Assembly: GCA_938022485.1 (NCBI GenBank) | Contig: CALIEE010000181.1 | Coordinates: forward strand, 1-29,667 | DNA: 29,667 nt | Source: an uncultured bacterium | GTDB lineage: Bacteria; Bdellovibrionota_C; UBA2361; SZUA-149; CALKYB01 | Reading direction: 5' to 3' | Part shown: piece by piece, positions 26,484-29,667 of the stretch | Layout of the letters: each line of letters begins with the position of its first letter | Numbering within the stretch: the first letter of the stretch is position 1 | Program-made: the position numbers and the translations under genes | Notes under the pieces: generated by a model | Seen by the model: only the letters and a program-made list of their open reading frames with translations | The model's database searches: none | What the model was told of the DNA's origin: nothing

Positions 26484-27479
26484 ATGGCTGCTCAAGAACT
26501 TCTCAAGCTCAAAGCCCTTAAACCCGGGGCAAAAATTGGTATCATCGCCCCAGCATCACCGGCCCATCCAGAGCTAGTTGAGAGGGGTGTGAACAAGTTG
26601 GAGAATCTTGGTTTTGAGTTGATCTCGCCTCTAGATCCCTCCAAGCGATTTGAGAACCTTGGCAAGAATTTATCCAGTGCCAGTGCAGCTGATCGAGCAG
26701 AAGCCTTTATGGGTTTAATTGAGCGAGAGGACTGCGCGATGATTCTTGCCGTTCGCGGTGGGTATGGAAGTGTAGAGATGTTGCCTCAGCTGGATTTTAA
26801 GAAAATCAGGCAGGCCAGAAAGCCTATAGCAGGCTATTCTGATATTACAGCATTGTTATCGGCTGTCTATAAGCATTCAGGAATTCCTACGATACACGGG
26901 CCAAGTTTGGCTGCAGAATTTGCCTGCGCAGCTCCGGCTAAAGACGGAGAGGATTTGGTTAGTTATGAGGCCCAGCGACAAGAGGCTCAGCTAAGTTGTG
27001 ACTCTCTGATTGATATGCTCCAAGGAAAGAAGACAGCACCTTACCCTCTTGAAACGGTAGTTGAGGGTGAAGCCGAGGGAAGGCTGATCGTCGGTAACTT
27101 ATCAATTTTTCAAACTCTGCTCGGAACTAACTGGGATCCAGATTTTACAGATTCGATCCTTTTGATTGAAGATGTTGGGGAGGCTCCCTATAGAATTCAT
27201 CGAATACTCACCCATCTTACTCAGGCTGGAAAGTTTTCTGCAATCCGCGGTCTGGTATATGGTCGCTTTAGTAAGTGCGTTGCCGAGCACGGGCCAGATG
27301 TAGATCAGGTGATGCAAGAAATATTTTCCCCCCATGGAATTCCTGTGGCTCGAACGAACTGTTTTGGTCACAACGGCCTTAATATGGCGCTTCCCTTAGG
27401 TTGTCAGGCACGTCTGGGCGGAGAAAGTCTGGAATTGCTTGAAGGCCCAGTCCAAGGTTCAGTGCAAGGGGAAGAGTGA
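26484..27479 (+). CDS. ldcA: LD-carboxypeptidase (peptidase S66, LdcA-like)
   Basis: RGGYGS, GYSD (Ser), LIEDVGE (Glu), FGH (His) catalytic triad motifs. ATG at 26484 preferred to the GTG at 26421. Confidence 0.85.
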   Translation: MAAQELLKLKALKPGAKIGIIAPASPAHPELVERGVNKLENLGFELISPLDPSKRFENLGKNLSSASAADRAEAFMGLIEREDCAMILAVRGGYGSVEMLPQLDFKKIRQARKPIAGYSDITALLSAVYKHSGIPTIHGPSLAAEFACAAPAKDGEDLVSYEAQRQEAQLSCDSLIDMLQGKKTAPYPLETVVEGEAEGRLIVGNLSIFQTLLGTNWDPDFTDSILLIEDVGEAPYRIHRILTHLTQAGKFSAIRGLVYGRFSKCVAEHGPDVDQVMQEIFSPHGIPVARTNCFGHNGLNMALPLGCQARLGGESLELLEGPVQGSVQGEE

Positions 27480-28660
27480 TGGTTGCGGCCGGACAAGATC
27501 CTATAGACTGGACGCGGCTTAGAAACCTTTTGAAGGCTGCGACTCACGATCCATCTAATTCAGAAATACATCCAGACTTAGTAGCGCCCGGTATGGAGCT
27601 AGTGATCTCTTCTGGAGGGCGAGTTATTTTCGATGAAGCATTTGGCTCTAGAACTCTTATTCCAGAGGTTGGAGAACTAAAAGCCGGAACTGTCTTTGAT
27701 GTAGCTTCTCTCAGCAAAGCTTTGGTTACTACTGTACTAGTTATGAAATTAGTGGAAAGTGGTCAATTAGATCTAGACCGCAAAGTCGGTAGTTATCTTT
27801 CTGCGTTTTCTTGCAATGGTAAGGGGCGAGTTAAGGTAAGAGACTTATTAACTCACAGCGCAGGTTTTGCCGATCACAAGAAATTTTACCAAGAGTTAGT
27901 AGAACTGAACTCAGGACCTAAGTCGGGTATTCTTTCCAGCAGGGGTGCTCATGATTACGTTATCAATCATTTACTTCGGGCTGAACCCGATTACCCACCT
28001 GGATCAAAAGCTGTATATAGCGACCTTGGTTTTATGGTCTTAGGGCATCTAATTGAGTCGCTAAATTGTGGACAGCAATTGGACAAGCTTGCCCAAAAGG
28101 AAATTTTCATTCCACTAGGTGTTGAGAATAGTGGCTTCGTTAATATTGAAACGATGAAGGTTCATAAAATTGAGCCAGTTACAGAGATAATTGCCGCAAC
28201 TGCAGACTGTCCATGGCGAAAGAAAATTATTATTGGTGAAGTTCATGATGACAACTGCTGGGCAATGGGAGGTATCGCGGGACATGCAGGACTTTTTTCA
28301 ACTGCTTTAGATGTTTTCAGAATTTCAAATACATTGCTGGATTGTTATCACGGTAAAAGCGACTTTATTTCTAAGGAAGTGATTCGTGAGTTTTGGTGTA
28401 AGGATGGTTCTGTTGAAGAATCTACTTGGGCCCTAGGATGGGATACTCCATCTAAAGAAAAAAGCTCAGCGGGGAATAATTTTTCGCCTTTGAGTGTAGG
28501 TCATTTAGGATATACTGGGTGTTCAATTTGGCTTGATCTTCCAGCTGATATTTCAATAATTTTGCTGAGCAACAGAGTTCACCCCACTCCAGAAAACAAG
28601 TCTATAAAAGATTTTAGACCAATCTTGCACGATATGGTGCGTGAGATTCTTGGTGTTTAG
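27476..28660 (+). CDS. Serine hydrolase, beta-lactamase/class C-like fold (AmiE/esterase-like)
   Basis: FDVASLSK (SxxK), LLTHSAG, YSDLGF, GHAGLFST, GHLGYTG, LLSNRVHP; GTGA overlap with the ldcA stop codon. Confidence 0.88.
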   Translation: MMVAAGQDPIDWTRLRNLLKAATHDPSNSEIHPDLVAPGMELVISSGGRVIFDEAFGSRTLIPEVGELKAGTVFDVASLSKALVTTVLVMKLVESGQLDLDRKVGSYLSAFSCNGKGRVKVRDLLTHSAGFADHKKFYQELVELNSGPKSGILSSRGAHDYVINHLLRAEPDYPPGSKAVYSDLGFMVLGHLIESLNCGQQLDKLAQKEIFIPLGVENSGFVNIETMKVHKIEPVTEIIAATADCPWRKKIIIGEVHDDNCWAMGGIAGHAGLFSTALDVFRISNTLLDCYHGKSDFISKEVIREFWCKDGSVEESTWALGWDTPSKEKSSAGNNFSPLSVGHLGYTGCSIWLDLPADISIILLSNRVHPTPENKSIKDFRPILHDMVREILGV

Positions 28661-28675
28661 GCACAGGTGTAAAAT

Positions 28676-29545
28676 TTATTCGACACTGTCTGGATAACAA
28701 ACTAAATTTTCTTGAAAGTTACTGTCCGCTGGATTAAATGGAGAGATATTTCCAGAGTTGTCGTATTTGTGAATTTTGTAATCCAGACCTTTGATTAGCT
28801 TGCCGAGAAGTTGCTCTGCAGAAGAACCTAGCTGCTTTAAATATTGGTCAGAGAGTTCAATGAAAATTACTGGCTTATCTCGCTGAAGTACTTTTTTGGC
28901 GCCATCAATTACCTGAGTCTCCGCTCCTTCCACATCGATCTTGATAGCTGATATTTTTTTATTTTCATTGCTGAAAATTTTGTCCAAAGGGAGAGCTTCA
29001 ACTTCAATAGATTTATTGATCTCAGATAAGTCCCTTACGCTACCCATGCCACTTTTGCCGATGGGTGCTAGGTTAAAAGTTAGAGTATCTTCTTTATTCC
29101 AAGCCGCAATTTCGTGTATATCTACTGAGTCAGTCCAACCATTCAACTCTAAGTTTTCCATCACTTGTGTGGCCATACTTGGATTAGCTTCCAACACTGA
29201 AACTTTACCTGTTGGTCCTACGATACTTCTAGCCAAGCAGGAGAAGTAGCCAATGTTGGAGCCTATATCCAGGAAATGATCCCCAGGGTTGAGGGTTTTC
29301 TTGATCAAACTACGTAGGCCTGGTTCATACATCCCTTCAAAGGCAATATGTGAAGGAATCTTCTCAGCCGGGTCTAATTTCATCTTAAAACCGTCAGTTA
29401 CGCTTTGAATTCGACTAGGGCAAGGTTTGACGATTGATTGAGCGAAAGATCTCAACTTTGGTTTTAGCCTCCAAGCCAATGGCTCAGGTAAAATCTTAGT
29501 AAGGGTTTTGATAACATCAAAAGCGAAAAATCGAGCTTGGTTCAT
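28676..29545 (-). CDS. FkbM family SAM-dependent methyltransferase
   Basis: FLDIGSNIGYFS, VLEANP, IKIDVEGAE..VIDGA, PVIFIE. Confidence 0.9.
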   Translation of the reverse strand: MNQARFFAFDVIKTLTKILPEPLAWRLKPKLRSFAQSIVKPCPSRIQSVTDGFKMKLDPAEKIPSHIAFEGMYEPGLRSLIKKTLNPGDHFLDIGSNIGYFSCLARSIVGPTGKVSVLEANPSMATQVMENLELNGWTDSVDIHEIAAWNKEDTLTFNLAPIGKSGMGSVRDLSEINKSIEVEALPLDKIFSNENKKISAIKIDVEGAETQVIDGAKKVLQRDKPVIFIELSDQYLKQLGSSAEQLLGKLIKGLDYKIHKYDNSGNISPFNPADSNFQENLVCYPDSVE

Positions 29546-29667
29546 TTGTTAAAGCTTAATTGTTTAAAGAGTTTCCAAAATTTGCTAAGAGCGGACTTTA
29601 GAATACCCATCCTGAATTAAATTTTGGCTTAGCATTTTCCTTGACTAGATGGGTATACGCAGTGCGT

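Noticed and set aside
27476-28660. Antibiotic-resistance beta-lactamase call
   Set aside because: No signal peptide, YSD instead of YxN, and coupling to ldcA all point to a housekeeping serine hydrolase

Overview
This is a ~42% GC bacterial chromosomal window made up mostly of housekeeping genes. DUF4388/roadblock, DUF1329, zinc-ribbon-RDD and TrmD-Tm1570 genes suggest a deltaproteobacteria-like or Bdellovibrionota-like Gram-negative lineage (inference). In order it holds: a branched-chain-type 2-oxoacid dehydrogenase cluster (lpdA, fused E1 alpha-beta, and an E2 truncated by the window edge and missing from the ORF track), sohB, holA, an orphan ORF, tRNA-Phe(GAA), two giant acidic ORFs, rsmE, a DsbA/HCCA-isomerase-like gene, a DUF4388-roadblock fusion, a DUF1329-like envelope protein, a TrmD-Tm1570 (SPOUT-SPOUT) fusion, argG-argH-GST-orphan, rpsP, ffh, an LD-carboxypeptidase with a serine hydrolase, and a FkbM methyltransferase. 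I found no transposase, integrase or CRISPR array. Two things stand out. (1) The two giant acidic ORFs overlap for only 40 nt across an A9 run; one extra A or a -1 slip joins them into one ~1,798-aa zinc-ribbon / acidic disordered / RDD membrane protein, a candidate polar scaffold that may be under slippage or phase control. (2) tRNA-Phe is flanked by sense and antisense fragments of itself, embedded in a ~300-nt chain of hairpins.
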